Positions 8,701-19,266 of a DNA stretch of 63,455 nucleotides are shown here, piece by piece. The number at the start of each line of letters is the position of its first letter. The stretch's first letter is position 1. Source of the stretch: an uncultured Actinomycetes bacterium (GTDB lineage Bacteria > Actinomycetota > Thermoleophilia > RBG-16-64-13); the NCBI GenBank assembly GCA_937148845.1, contig CAKZRW010000067.1:1-63455 (forward strand), given 5' to 3'. The position numbers and the translations under genes are program-made. The notes under the pieces were generated by a model. It had not been told where the DNA came from. It searched no databases and was given only the letters and a program-made list of their open reading frames with translations.

Positions 8701-9131
8701 TGATAGCTTCTGCAGCCCACCGCGAGTTCGAGAAGGTCTTCCGGGCCAGAGCCGACACGTCAGAGCTCGCCGCCATCCGCAGGTTCGTGGAGCAGATCGC
8801 CCTGGAAGTAGCCCTGGACGTGGAACGCATCTTCGATTTGAAAGTCGCCGTATCGGAGGCTTGCGCGAACGCCCTTGAACACGCGGGATGTGAGTCAGGT
8901 TGGCTGGAGGTCTGCGCCCGCTGTGAGGGCCACCGGCTCACGTTCATCATCACTGACAGAGGTCTATTCAAACCGCCCTCTGCCGAACGCCGAGAATGTC
9001 CTAACCGCGGCATGGGCCTACCCCTGATGGTTGCGCTGATGGACGAGGTCAGTTTTGCCCGGACCCCCGGGGGAGGCACCCAGGTGAGTCTGTCTGTATT
9101 CCTGGACAAAGACGCCACGCTCTCGCTGTGA
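8697..9131 (+). CDS. Anti-sigma factor / Ser kinase (RsbW/SpoIIAB-like HATPase)
   Basis: AVSEACANALEHA, ITDRG, RGMGLPLMVALMDEV, GGTQV. Confidence 0.88.
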   Translation: MMIASAAHREFEKVFRARADTSELAAIRRFVEQIALEVALDVERIFDLKVAVSEACANALEHAGCESGWLEVCARCEGHRLTFIITDRGLFKPPSAERRECPNRGMGLPLMVALMDEVSFARTPGGGTQVSLSVFLDKDATLSL

Positions 9132-9195
9132 GCGAAGAAGCAGACGCCTTGTCCTAGTCAGCTGCTGGTCGCGGGCCCAAGCGGCCGCCTTCTCT

Positions 9196-10296
9196 TCACC
9201 CCGTGCCACCGTTCCCCTCGCCCTCACGGCCAGCCAAGACGCGCATCATGACCCCGGATTCGTCCGAACGGCCTTCTTCCCAGACCCGCACGCGCCCGAT
9301 GAGGGCAGCCGCCGGGGTGCGGCGAGACTGCAGGGCCTCCACCAGGGCAGCCGTCCGTTCCGGAGGAACGGCGAGAACAAGCCCACCCGAGGTCTGGGCG
9401 TCGGCGCACAGCACACGCTCCCACTCACTCAGGCCGTCGGCGAAGGCAGTCCAGCCGGCGACGAACTCCAGATTGCGCCTGGTGCCGCCCGGGATGATTC
9501 CGGCTTGAGCTAGTTCGCGAGCCCCCGGGAGAACCGGCAACTGATCGAACCATAGCTCGATCCCCACCCGGCTGGCTCGACACAGCTCACTAAGATGCCC
9601 AAGCAGACCGAAGCCGGTGATGTCGGTCACCGCCTTGAGGCCAAACTGGCGAGCCACCTCTGCCGCCGCCCGGTTGAGCTCGGCCATGCACGCAGTGGCT
9701 GCCGCTATGATCTCTGGAGCCGCTTTTTCCTGCTTGATGGCGGTGGCGATGATTCCCGTGCCCAGTGGCTTGGTCAGCACCAGGTGATCGCCAGGGCGAG
9801 CAGCGGCATTGGTCATCTCCTCGCCTGGTCGTAAGAGGCCGGTCACTGCCAGCCCGTACTTAGGCTCAGGGTCGTCGATGGTGTGACCACCGACGATGGT
9901 GGCCCCTGCCCGAGCCGCCATCTCGGCTCCTCCGCGTAGGATTTCCGTTAGGTACTCCAGGGGGAGCACCTCCGACGGAAAGCAGACGATGTTGAGGGCC
10001 GTTACCGGGGTGGCTCCCATGGCGTAGAGGTCGGAGAAGGCGTTGGCGGCAGCGATACGGCCGAAATCGTAGGGATCGTCCACCACCGGCGTGAAGAAGT
10101 CCACCGTCTGTACCAGCGCAAGCTCCTCTGTGAGCTGGTAGACCGCGGCGTCATCCAGAGTGTCGGAGCCCACGAGAAGACGAGGATCTTCGACCCGAGG
10201 GAGACATTCCATCACTTGCCCCAAGACCTTGGGGCCGAGCTTGCAGGCTCAACCAGAGCCGTGCGACAGAGTGGTCAGGCGGGGAACGTCACTCAC
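9196..10296 (-). CDS. selD: Selenide, water dikinase SelD, itself a selenoprotein (Sec16)
   Basis: DDAAVY, QTVDFFTPVVDDP, GGHT, TDITGFGLLGH, DAQTSGGL; true start GTG 10296 after AAGGAGG gives MSDVPRLTTLSHGSG-U-ACKLG with in-frame TGA at 10249-10251. Confidence 0.96.
10218..10235 (-). promoter_or_regulatory. Putative bacterial SECIS hairpin
   Basis: GCCCCAA-GGUC-UUGGGGC stem-loop starting 13 nt 3' of the UGA, with GU in the apical loop. Confidence 0.75.
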
Positions 10297-10479
10297 CGAG
10301 TCTCACCTCCTTCCTGGCGAGGCGCCCAAGCTGCTCCGCGGCGGATTGCCTTAGCGGCGAGCAGCTCTTCACACACCCGCGGCTCCTCACGCGACTACAC
10401 TAGCAGATGCCGGCCCCCGACGAACGTATGCCGCTCCTGGACTGGGCGCTGGGACCAGGTCGAACCGACGTCCAGGCTA

Positions 10480-10513
10480 TTGACTTCTCCTCGCTATTGC
10501 AATAATGTTGCAA
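10480..10513 (+). promoter_or_regulatory. Sigma70-type promoter overlapped by a Nur/Fur-family operator
   Basis: TTGACT (10480)-17 bp-TAATGT (10503); palindrome TTGCAA-TAATG-TTGCAA at 10497-10513 covers the -10. Confidence 0.75.
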
Positions 10514-10518
10514 CTGCA

Positions 10519-10944
10519 ATGACTCACCATGCGACTCAGACCCTACTCGAACTGGGTTACCGGATGACCCCCCAGCGCACGCTGGTCTGGGATGTCCTTC
10601 GCCAAAGCGGGGAGCATCTCACCGCCGAGCAGATCTGCGCCCGGGTACAGGAGCAGTTCCCCCACGTCAACATGTCCACCGTGTACCGGACACTGGAGCT
10701 CCTGGTGGAGCTCAATCTGGTCAAAGAGACCTGCCTGGGGCCTTCCCGCCGTTACTACGAGGTAGAAGAAGAAGTACCCCATCACCACCTGGTATGTGAA
10801 CACTGCGGAAAGATCGTCCACATCCACGACGAAGACTTGGGGAACCTGCCCCGACTGCTGGAAAGAGAGCAAGGCTTCGTCGCTGAGGAGCTCACCGTTT
10901 TCGGCCACTGCTTGGACTGTGGAGGTGACCATGCACATCCCTGA
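10519..10944 (+). CDS. Fur-family metalloregulator, Nur-like
   Basis: GYRMTPQR, STVYRTLELL, HHHLVCEHCG, FGHCLDC; ATG 10519 lies about 10 nt from the -10 with no RBS (leaderless or near-leaderless). Confidence 0.9.
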   Translation: MTHHATQTLLELGYRMTPQRTLVWDVLRQSGEHLTAEQICARVQEQFPHVNMSTVYRTLELLVELNLVKETCLGPSRRYYEVEEEVPHHHLVCEHCGKIVHIHDEDLGNLPRLLEREQGFVAEELTVFGHCLDCGGDHAHP

Positions 10945-11926
10945 CGGCTTCGTCGACATCCCCACTGCCGCGGTGACGGGAGCGCTCTCTCTGGGAGCAG
11001 TAGCCTGGGCGGTGCGCAAGAGTAGCAAGGAGTCGGGCGACCGTACCATCCCGCTCCTAGGCGTCACCGCAGCTTTCATATTCGCGGCGCAGATGCTCAA
11101 TTTCCCCATCGCAGCGGGCACTAGCGGCCACTTCTTGGGGGGGGTGCTGGCCGCTGCGCTGCTCGGGCCATGGATAGGGAGCTTAGCCATAACCATCGTG
11201 GTGGCGGTGCAGGCCCTAGCCATGGCCGACGGAGGCATAACCGCCCTGGGAGCGAACGTACTCAACATGGCCATCATCGGCGTTTGGGCGGGCTACGGGC
11301 TCCTCGTGCTGCTCAAGAAAGCACTGCCCCGCAACCTCATCAGCTATCTTGTGGCCTTGGCCGTGGGCTCCTGGTTCTCCATCGCGCTCGCCGCAGCTGC
11401 CTGTGCAGCGGAGCTCGCCGTGTCAGGTACGATCCCTCTGCGTAACGCACTTCCCGCTATGGTCTCGGTCCACATGGTCATCGGCCTGGGTGAGGCTCTG
11501 ATCACCGTGGCGGTCGCCTCGGCAGTGCTCGCGGCGCGGCCGGACCTGGTCCGCAGCTACGACCTGCCCCGCGAAAGCCTGGCTCGCACAGGCGCCCCTC
11601 GGACCCAACGTCGAGTCCGTTTCTGGTCTTTCGTGGTGAGCCTATTCGTGGTGGCTTTGGCTCTGGCCGTTTTCATCTCCCCCTTCGCCTCGAGCGCCCC
11701 CGACGGTCTGGAGAGTGTAGCTATCAAGCACGGAGCCGAGCAGATGGCGGCGGAGACTCCGGTCTGGCGTTTCTCTCCTCTGCCTGACTACCAGCTACCC
11801 GGCATCGAGAGCGAGACTCTGTCCACAGCCCTGGCTGGATTGATCGGCACGGCCGCCCTGTTCGCCGTGGTCGTACTGGCCGGTCGCGCCTTAGGGCGTC
11901 GTCGCACCGGGCAGCAGGCTGGATAA
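10931..11926 (+). CDS. ECF Ni/Co transporter substrate component NikM/CbiM fused to PDGLE (NikN-like) domain
   Basis: GGAGG RBS then MHIPDG N-terminus, GTSGHFLGG, ADGGITALGAN, HMVIGLGE, C-terminal SSAPDGLE. Confidence 0.92.
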   Translation: MHIPDGFVDIPTAAVTGALSLGAVAWAVRKSSKESGDRTIPLLGVTAAFIFAAQMLNFPIAAGTSGHFLGGVLAAALLGPWIGSLAITIVVAVQALAMADGGITALGANVLNMAIIGVWAGYGLLVLLKKALPRNLISYLVALAVGSWFSIALAAAACAAELAVSGTIPLRNALPAMVSVHMVIGLGEALITVAVASAVLAARPDLVRSYDLPRESLARTGAPRTQRRVRFWSFVVSLFVVALALAVFISPFASSAPDGLESVAIKHGAEQMAAETPVWRFSPLPDYQLPGIESETLSTALAGLIGTAALFAVVVLAGRALGRRRTGQQAG

Positions 11927-11942
11927 GGCTGGATAAGCGGAG

Positions 11943-12710
11943 ATGACCGTTCCAGGCTCGGCAGTCGGTGGCCTGAACCTGTTGCACCGGCTTGACGCCC
12001 GCGTCAAGATCGTGGGTCTCGTCGGGTTCGCCGTAGTGGTAGTGACCACGCCCCCCCAGGCTGCCTGGGCCTTCGTTCTCTACGCTCTTACTCTCGTCTT
12101 TCTCGCGGCTTTGGCCCGCCTCTCTCCGCTCGCCGTCGGAAAGCGGCTTCTTGTAATCGTGCCTTTCGTGGTCGTGGTAGCCATCTTTCTTCCCTTCTTC
12201 CATCCGGAAGGCCGGGTTCTTGTGGAATGGGGGCCGCTCCGCGTGACCGACCGCGGAGCTCTGATCTTTTGGAATACTGCAGCCAAAGCTGTACTCTCCA
12301 CTTGGGGGATGATAATCCTGGGCCTTACCACCAGCTTCCCCGAGCTGGTGAACGGTCTGAGCGATCTGCGGATGCCGCGCGTCTTCGTGCTCACGCTGAG
12401 TTTTATGCACCGGTACAGCCGCCTGTTCCTGGAAGAGTCCCAAAGCATGCGCCGAGCCATGGCCTCCCGCAATTACAACCCCCGCTGGCTGGGCCAGGTC
12501 CCAGCCTTGGGGAAGATGTTGGGCGCCCTTTTCTTGCGTAGCTACAGCCGGGGCGAAAGAGTCTATGTGGCCATGGTGAGCCGAGGTTACGAGGGCACTT
12601 TTGCGCTCAACGGCAGGCGAAGGCTCCGGGCTACTGACCTCGCCTTCGCGGTCTTTATCTTGGGAGCTGCGGCCGTCATCAGGATCGTGGTAGCCGCGGG
12701 AGGCTTCTGA
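11943..12710 (+). CDS. ECF transporter T component (CbiQ/NikQ)
   Basis: LHRLDARVK, multiple TM segments, AMASR and AMVSRGY motifs. Confidence 0.92.
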   Translation: MTVPGSAVGGLNLLHRLDARVKIVGLVGFAVVVVTTPPQAAWAFVLYALTLVFLAALARLSPLAVGKRLLVIVPFVVVVAIFLPFFHPEGRVLVEWGPLRVTDRGALIFWNTAAKAVLSTWGMIILGLTTSFPELVNGLSDLRMPRVFVLTLSFMHRYSRLFLEESQSMRRAMASRNYNPRWLGQVPALGKMLGALFLRSYSRGERVYVAMVSRGYEGTFALNGRRRLRATDLAFAVFILGAAAVIRIVVAAGGF

Positions 12711-13534
12711 TGTCCCGAGCAGTATCTTCAGGTCCCGTGGCGACCCTGCACGCGGTGTCAGCCGACACGGATGTCCCTGCAGTCCTGGTGCAGGGCCTGA
12801 CCTTCGCCTATCCCGACGGCACGGAGGTGCTGCGCGGCATCGACCTGGTGGTGCAACGAGGCGAGTCGGTCGCTCTGGTCGGTCCCAACGGGGCCGGGAA
12901 GAGCACTTTTCTGCTCCACCTCAACGGGATACTGCAGGGCAGCGGTCGGATCTCTATCTTCGGGCTCGCCGTCGAGACCAAGAACCTGCGCGAGGTCCGC
13001 AGGCGCGTGGGCTTGGTGTTCCAAGACCCCGAAGACCAGCTCTTCTTGGGCACTGTGGGACAGGACGTGGCTTTCGGACCTGCCAACCTGGGGCTGAACG
13101 AAGAAGAGGTCTCTCTTCGGGTGGAGGAAGCGCTCGAAGCAGTGGGGATGCTAGGAAGCGAGGAGAAGTGCAGCCACCACCTCAGTTTCGGGCAGAAGAA
13201 GAGGGTAGCTGTAGCCACGGTTCTTTCCATGCGGCCGGACCTACTCGCTCTAGATGAGCCCACCTCCAACCTAGACCCCAAGTCCCGCCGGCGCCTCGTC
13301 CAGATCCTCGCCGCTCTTCCGGTCACCAAGATCGTGGTGACCCACGACCTCCCCCTCGCCTTCGAGCTTTGCGAGCGCACCGTGATACTGGATGGGGGTC
13401 GCATCGTGGCCGACGGCCCCACAGAGCAGATCCTCCTAGACGAACGGCTTCTAGCCATGCACGATCTGGAGCTGCCTTACCGGTTTGCTCCGCCTACCTC
13501 CCACAGCTGCCGGGCGAGCAGTCGCCCTGGATAG
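12710..13534 (+). CDS. ECF transporter ATPase (CbiO/NikO)
   Basis: GPNGAGKST, VFQDPEDQLF, HLSFGQKKRVA, LDEPTSNLD. Confidence 0.94.
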   Translation: MSRAVSSGPVATLHAVSADTDVPAVLVQGLTFAYPDGTEVLRGIDLVVQRGESVALVGPNGAGKSTFLLHLNGILQGSGRISIFGLAVETKNLREVRRRVGLVFQDPEDQLFLGTVGQDVAFGPANLGLNEEEVSLRVEEALEAVGMLGSEEKCSHHLSFGQKKRVAVATVLSMRPDLLALDEPTSNLDPKSRRRLVQILAALPVTKIVVTHDLPLAFELCERTVILDGGRIVADGPTEQILLDERLLAMHDLELPYRFAPPTSHSCRASSRPG

Positions 13535-13574
13535 ACGTGGTCTTCGGGCCCACCGTGGCCTTCACGGGGGGCAG

Positions 13575-13778
13575 TCAGCTCTCAGGCTGGTCGGCGATCG
13601 GCTCCTTGTAGAGATCGGTCTTGTACATCACGCAATCGGGATTGATACAGAACCAGACCCGGTAGGTGCTGCATTCCCCGTTCGAGCGACTGACCCCGGT
13701 GCCAGTGCGCTCTTCCTCTTCCACGCGGTCCTGCAGAGGCTTCCCGCAGTTGATGCAAGTCTTCACCTGGTCGCTCAT
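13575..13778 (-). CDS. Small zinc-ribbon-like protein (67 aa)
   Basis: AAGGAGG RBS, MSDQVKTCINCGKPL...WFCINPDC (CxxC and CxxxxC pairs). Confidence 0.65.
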   Translation of the reverse strand: MSDQVKTCINCGKPLQDRVEEEERTGTGVSRSNGECSTYRVWFCINPDCVMYKTDLYKEPIADQPES

Positions 13779-13825
13779 CTTGGTCCTCCTTGCCATACCA
13801 AGCTTCGGCCTCCCCCTCTCTTCCT

Positions 13826-14452
13826 TCACCGCGGTTCTGCCAGGCGTCTCCCGATCTCCAGTGCCAAGTCTCGGGCCTCCGGATACTTAAGGATGTCACC
13901 TTTGCGGTCGGTCAAGGGATAGAGAGCTTCCCCCACCGGACTTACTTCGAGCACGTGCCACAGATATCGCACTGTGCGGCGACTCCCTTCGAAGACTTGG
14001 GGCAAGTCCGTGCCGGCACAGCTCAAGAAGGCCCCCCGCCGCGGCCTCCGGCCGGGCTCCAACAGGGGCTGCCGCAGGACGTACTTGAGGCCCCAAAACG
14101 GCTGACAGCGGTCGATCATTATTTTCGGCACCCCCGGCATTCCCATGGCATAGACCGGCGCCGCCAAGACTATGGAGTCGACCGAGCGCAGAAGTGGATA
14201 CAACCTCTGCATGTCGTCCTGTTGGATGCAGTGGCCGTCTTTCAGACAGGCATCGCAGGCTCGGCAACCCCGTAGGTCAAGGTCGCATAGACTCAGCTTG
14301 GTCACTCGGGCGCCGCCATCAGCTGCCGCTGCCAGGCACCAGTCGAGCAGAGTCTCGGTGTTGCCTCCTCGACGAGCACTACCAGCCAGACCCAGGATGG
14401 TTATCGGTGACATAACGTTATCTGCGCGGTCTCGGTCGACTCCCTCACCCAT
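13826..14452 (-). CDS. Flavodoxin family / iron-sulfur flavoprotein (NADPH-dependent FMN reductase fold)
   Basis: GSARRGGNT, CRACDACLKDGHC (CxxCxxCx5C), QDDM, APVY, IDR; start may be ATG 14413. Confidence 0.88.
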   Translation of the reverse strand: MGEGVDRDRADNVMSPITILGLAGSARRGGNTETLLDWCLAAAADGGARVTKLSLCDLDLRGCRACDACLKDGHCIQQDDMQRLYPLLRSVDSIVLAAPVYAMGMPGVPKIMIDRCQPFWGLKYVLRQPLLEPGRRPRRGAFLSCAGTDLPQVFEGSRRTVRYLWHVLEVSPVGEALYPLTDRKGDILKYPEARDLALEIGRRLAEPR

Positions 14453-14521
14453 CCGTTTCCCTTCCTCACCCTCGCCTTTCTTGTCGGCCAGCCGGGGCCT
14501 CCGTCACGCCTTCAGCCCCAG

Positions 14522-14734
14522 CTACTCCGTCACGCCTTCAGCACAGTAGTAGCCCGTCGTCAAGTGGTACTCGCGCCACAAGGCGCAGTCGTCGCATACG
14601 CACCCCCGTCGACGCACCGTGAGCGGGCTCTTGCCTTTGGCACAGTAGAAACCCATGTCATCGTGGTTCTTGGAGGGACACTCCCCGCAGATACATTTGC
14701 CCATATTCTCCGGAGTATCAGCCACCTTTCCCAT
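14522..14734 (-). CDS. Small Cys-rich protein (DUF2769-like)
   Basis: GGAGGAGG RBS; CICGECPS...FYCAKGKS...GCVCDDC...YYC pattern. Confidence 0.75.
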   Translation of the reverse strand: MGKVADTPENMGKCICGECPSKNHDDMGFYCAKGKSPLTVRRRGCVCDDCALWREYHLTTGYYCAEGVTE

Positions 14735-14784
14735 GTCCGCCTCCTCCACATCTTTCGGGTTCGTCGACTAGAAACGACCTTCCC

Positions 14785-15780
14785 TCAAGGTTTACGGCCC
14801 AGAATGAGTTGGGTCTGATTGGTCTCCAGGTCGAGTACCACCACCTCCTCGAAGCCAGCTTCTACCAGCCAGGTCCGAAACTGCTCCTCCGTCCAGACTC
14901 CGCCGTCCTCAGTGGATTGAAGCATGTTCACCGCGAAGATAGCCGCCCGCGGGCTGCGACCCCAGACATATTCCTGGATGGCGATCGTGCCTCCGGGCGC
15001 AGTGATAGCGAAGGCTTCGCGCGTGATCCGAGCCGCCACCAGCGGACTGTAGATGTGATGGACATTACCGAAGTAGACCAGGTCGAAGACACCTGCCGGA
15101 AGGGCCTCGGTGAAGTCCCCACCGACCAGCCTGATGCGCTCAGCGTCAGAGCCCAGATACTCTCGTGCGTGCGGCAGGACTTCCACGCGGTCGAAAAGAG
15201 TCGCCTGCACCCCGTGCAGCGCAAACTCGCGGGCCACATGCCCTACGGCACCCCCGATATCCACCATGGTGCGTATAGGACCGGCGTATTCCAGGCAGCG
15301 CTCGACAATCTCACTCACAATCTCCGGGGCACGCTCCCCCATGGCCTTGACCATGACCGTGCGGTCCTTATGCGCAGGATCCCGGGGAGCGGGTCGCCCA
15401 CTCTTGATGACTGCCGGGAGTTCGAGCCAACCCCTCACCTTCCGTGCCTGGTGGAGGATGCTGTACCGCTCGACGCGCGCTCCCTGCGGGAGGAGATGTT
15501 CTTTGGCCGTGGCGGTCAGGCGGTAGAGCCCTGACCCGGGTAGGTCCGGCCGCCCGCCTGCCTTCTCCTCCTCGACCCGCTCCACCAGCCCTTCGGCCAC
15601 CAGCGCTTCCAGCACAAGGTAGGTGGCACGAGGATCCGCCTCGGCGGCCGCAGCCACTGCGGCTGCCGAGGCGGGTTCTTCACGGGCCAAGGCATCGATC
15701 AACCCAGCGGCCAGAGCTCCCGCTAACAGCAGGAACCGCTCGATCTGCACCCTGTCGATCAGAGACCTCTCGAACGTCAT
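14785..15780 (-). CDS. SAM-dependent O-methyltransferase (type 2, with dimerisation domain)
   Basis: VDIGGAVGH, LFDR, VGGDF, GNVHHIY, PGGTIAI; ATG 15780 after GGGGAGAGG. Confidence 0.85.
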   Translation of the reverse strand: MTFERSLIDRVQIERFLLLAGALAAGLIDALAREEPASAAAVAAAAEADPRATYLVLEALVAEGLVERVEEEKAGGRPDLPGSGLYRLTATAKEHLLPQGARVERYSILHQARKVRGWLELPAVIKSGRPAPRDPAHKDRTVMVKAMGERAPEIVSEIVERCLEYAGPIRTMVDIGGAVGHVAREFALHGVQATLFDRVEVLPHAREYLGSDAERIRLVGGDFTEALPAGVFDLVYFGNVHHIYSPLVAARITREAFAITAPGGTIAIQEYVWGRSPRAAIFAVNMLQSTEDGGVWTEEQFRTWLVEAGFEEVVVLDLETNQTQLILGRKP

Positions 15781-15828
15781 GTCCTCTCCCCGGTCAGGGG
15801 CAGCCACAGCCGGCCGCGCCGACCAGCT

Positions 15829-17037
15829 TCAGCCTTTCTCCAGCGGCAGGCCAGCAGCCACCCACTCCTCCAGACCCCCGGCGAAATCCAGAACCTTACT
15901 GAAACCCAGTTGCCTCAGCTTGTCGGCGGCGATGCCGCCGGCCTCACACCTGAACCCATTACAGTAGACCACAATGGTCTCCTCGGGCTGGAAGCGCTTG
16001 CGTGCCTCGCGAGCGAGGGCTCGGAAATCGATCCACTCCGCGCCCGGCAGGTGGCCCTGCTTCCAGTGCTCTTCTCCCAGGACGTCGACCAGGCGGAACT
16101 GTTCTCCCCGTCCTGTCATGGCCTGCAACTCGGCTAGGCCGATCACCCCCACGCTTGGCCGACCAGCCCCGGGATCATAGTAGACCACGTATGCCGACGT
16201 AGTGTGATACCCGGCTCCCCGAAAGATCCGCCTGCGGCCAGGCTCGGAGGCGTCGATCACGGCTAGCGGATGCCGGCCTTCGCTCTGCAGGTGAACGGTC
16301 ACCTCACGCAGAGCCGCAGCCAACTCCGCTTCGGCAGCCGTGCCCACCGCGTAGTCCAACAAGGTACGGCCGTCATCGGGGGTGTCCGAACGGGCCAGTA
16401 CGGCCACCGGCTTACCATGTTTGACGAGCAGCCAGCTCCTTCCCGACTCGGCCAGCTCCTTGAGCTGGGAAAAGACTTCCTCCGCCGCTCGACCAGATTT
16501 CGGGGCCGGGCTTATAGCCGCGGTCTCCCGGTCCCGCACCTGGTGCACCAACTCGTTGGCCTGAGCCAAGTGCGCCACCAAGAAAGTGGTAAGTTCCAGG
16601 CCAGCAGGCAACCCAGCTACCCGTTGGTCTCCCGGCTCGGCCCCTTCTTCCGGCGTCATCACCAGCGCCACCGGCTCCACCTGGAGACCTCGTGCCAAGA
16701 GGGCCACGTTCAACGAGCAGTCATCGGTCACCGTCAGGTAGGCGGTCGGGCTTAGTTTGTCTCGCAACAGATCGAGCAAGTCTTCGTACCACCGGGCCAG
16801 ACCAGGCTTGAGGTAGAGCTCGACCACAGTGCGATGAGAATGCCCGCCATGGCTGTGCTCCACCAGCAAGACGTGACCGAGCCCGTCTTCATCTTCACCC
16901 AAGACCACGAAGGGCTGGGCGTCTTTCACCAGCCGCAGGTAGAAGCCTGGCTCGAAACTTGTACCTACCGTGCTCTGCCGCTCAGCCCGCAGAGCCCCGA
17001 CCTTATCCGCTCCTACCCTGACCAGCCTCAAGGCCAT
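15829..17037 (-). CDS. Uncharacterised (possibly GNAT-like) domains fused to C-terminal rhodanese domain
   Basis: LVDVL...GHLPGA, IVVYCNGFRC, LGFSKV..FAGGLEEW; start MALRLV at 17037 after GGGAG; the longer track ORF overlaps an opposite-strand gene. Confidence 0.75.
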   Translation of the reverse strand: MALRLVRVGADKVGALRAERQSTVGTSFEPGFYLRLVKDAQPFVVLGEDEDGLGHVLLVEHSHGGHSHRTVVELYLKPGLARWYEDLLDLLRDKLSPTAYLTVTDDCSLNVALLARGLQVEPVALVMTPEEGAEPGDQRVAGLPAGLELTTFLVAHLAQANELVHQVRDRETAAISPAPKSGRAAEEVFSQLKELAESGRSWLLVKHGKPVAVLARSDTPDDGRTLLDYAVGTAAEAELAAALREVTVHLQSEGRHPLAVIDASEPGRRRIFRGAGYHTTSAYVVYYDPGAGRPSVGVIGLAELQAMTGRGEQFRLVDVLGEEHWKQGHLPGAEWIDFRALAREARKRFQPEETIVVYCNGFRCEAGGIAADKLRQLGFSKVLDFAGGLEEWVAAGLPLEKG

Positions 17038-17189
17038 CCGCTCCCAACGTAAGTCACCGGCCCTAACCCCACAGGGGAACGACACGTCGTTCAGCGAGCG
17101 TGACCGTTCCTCGCTTGCCCTGTGCCGTCTAGATTTCCCATTCCGCTGTTTCCACAATCCAGTTCGCTCGGTTCCACTACAATGCCCCC

Positions 17190-17663
17190 ATGTGGGTGAT
17201 CGCACACGCGTTTTCCGGTCTGGCCTGGGGCGTTTGGGCGCCGCTAGGTTTGGCAGCTCTCTTGCTGACTTCCCTCCTCCTCCATCTCCTGCTCGACCTT
17301 GTGCCCCATTGGGATTACACCCGCCACCGCCGGCGGCATCTTTGGGCGCTCGGCGACCTCGTCCTCTCCGTCGCGAGCGTGGTAACCCTGGCCCTCCTCC
17401 TCGACTTAAAGTTGCCGGCCGTGCTTGCCGCGGTGGTCTCGGCCCTACCCGATCTCGACGTGCTGGACTCCCTTCTGACCGGGTGTGGTCGCCGCCAGGC
17501 TGCCGGCGACGCGTCTGCGCACCGCGGACCAGCACGTCGGCGACTGTTCCCCAGCCACTGGGAGCGGTTCCCCCACGGGCAGGCCGGCCCGCGGTCCGGT
17601 ATCGCGGTGCAGGCGGTTGTGGTACTGGGCTCACTTGCCGCCGTCTTATTCTCCCCCAGCTGA
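17190..17663 (+). CDS. Membrane protein, putative metal-dependent hydrolase (YdjM-like motifs)
   Basis: Hydrophobic helices with N-terminal His, HLLLDLVPHWD and LPDLD motifs. Confidence 0.65.
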   Translation: MWVIAHAFSGLAWGVWAPLGLAALLLTSLLLHLLLDLVPHWDYTRHRRRHLWALGDLVLSVASVVTLALLLDLKLPAVLAAVVSALPDLDVLDSLLTGCGRRQAAGDASAHRGPARRRLFPSHWERFPHGQAGPRSGIAVQAVVVLGSLAAVLFSPS

Positions 17664-17732
17664 GGGTCTTGCCTGGCGGGAGCGCCGCCCTCCTGGTGGG
17701 CTCCTCCGGCAGACGGCGGCGCAGACCGGTCG

Positions 17733-19263
<1,531 letters not shown>

Positions 19264-19266
19264 ACC

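Noticed and set aside
10216-10518. Long N-terminal extension of the Fur-family ORF
   Set aside because: Overlaps the true selD 5' end and the promoter; family similarity begins at ATG 10519
15940-15970. Possible selenocysteine in the rhodanese active-site loop
   Set aside because: The TGA seen there is out of frame; in-frame codons read TGT AAT GGG TTC AGG TGT GAG
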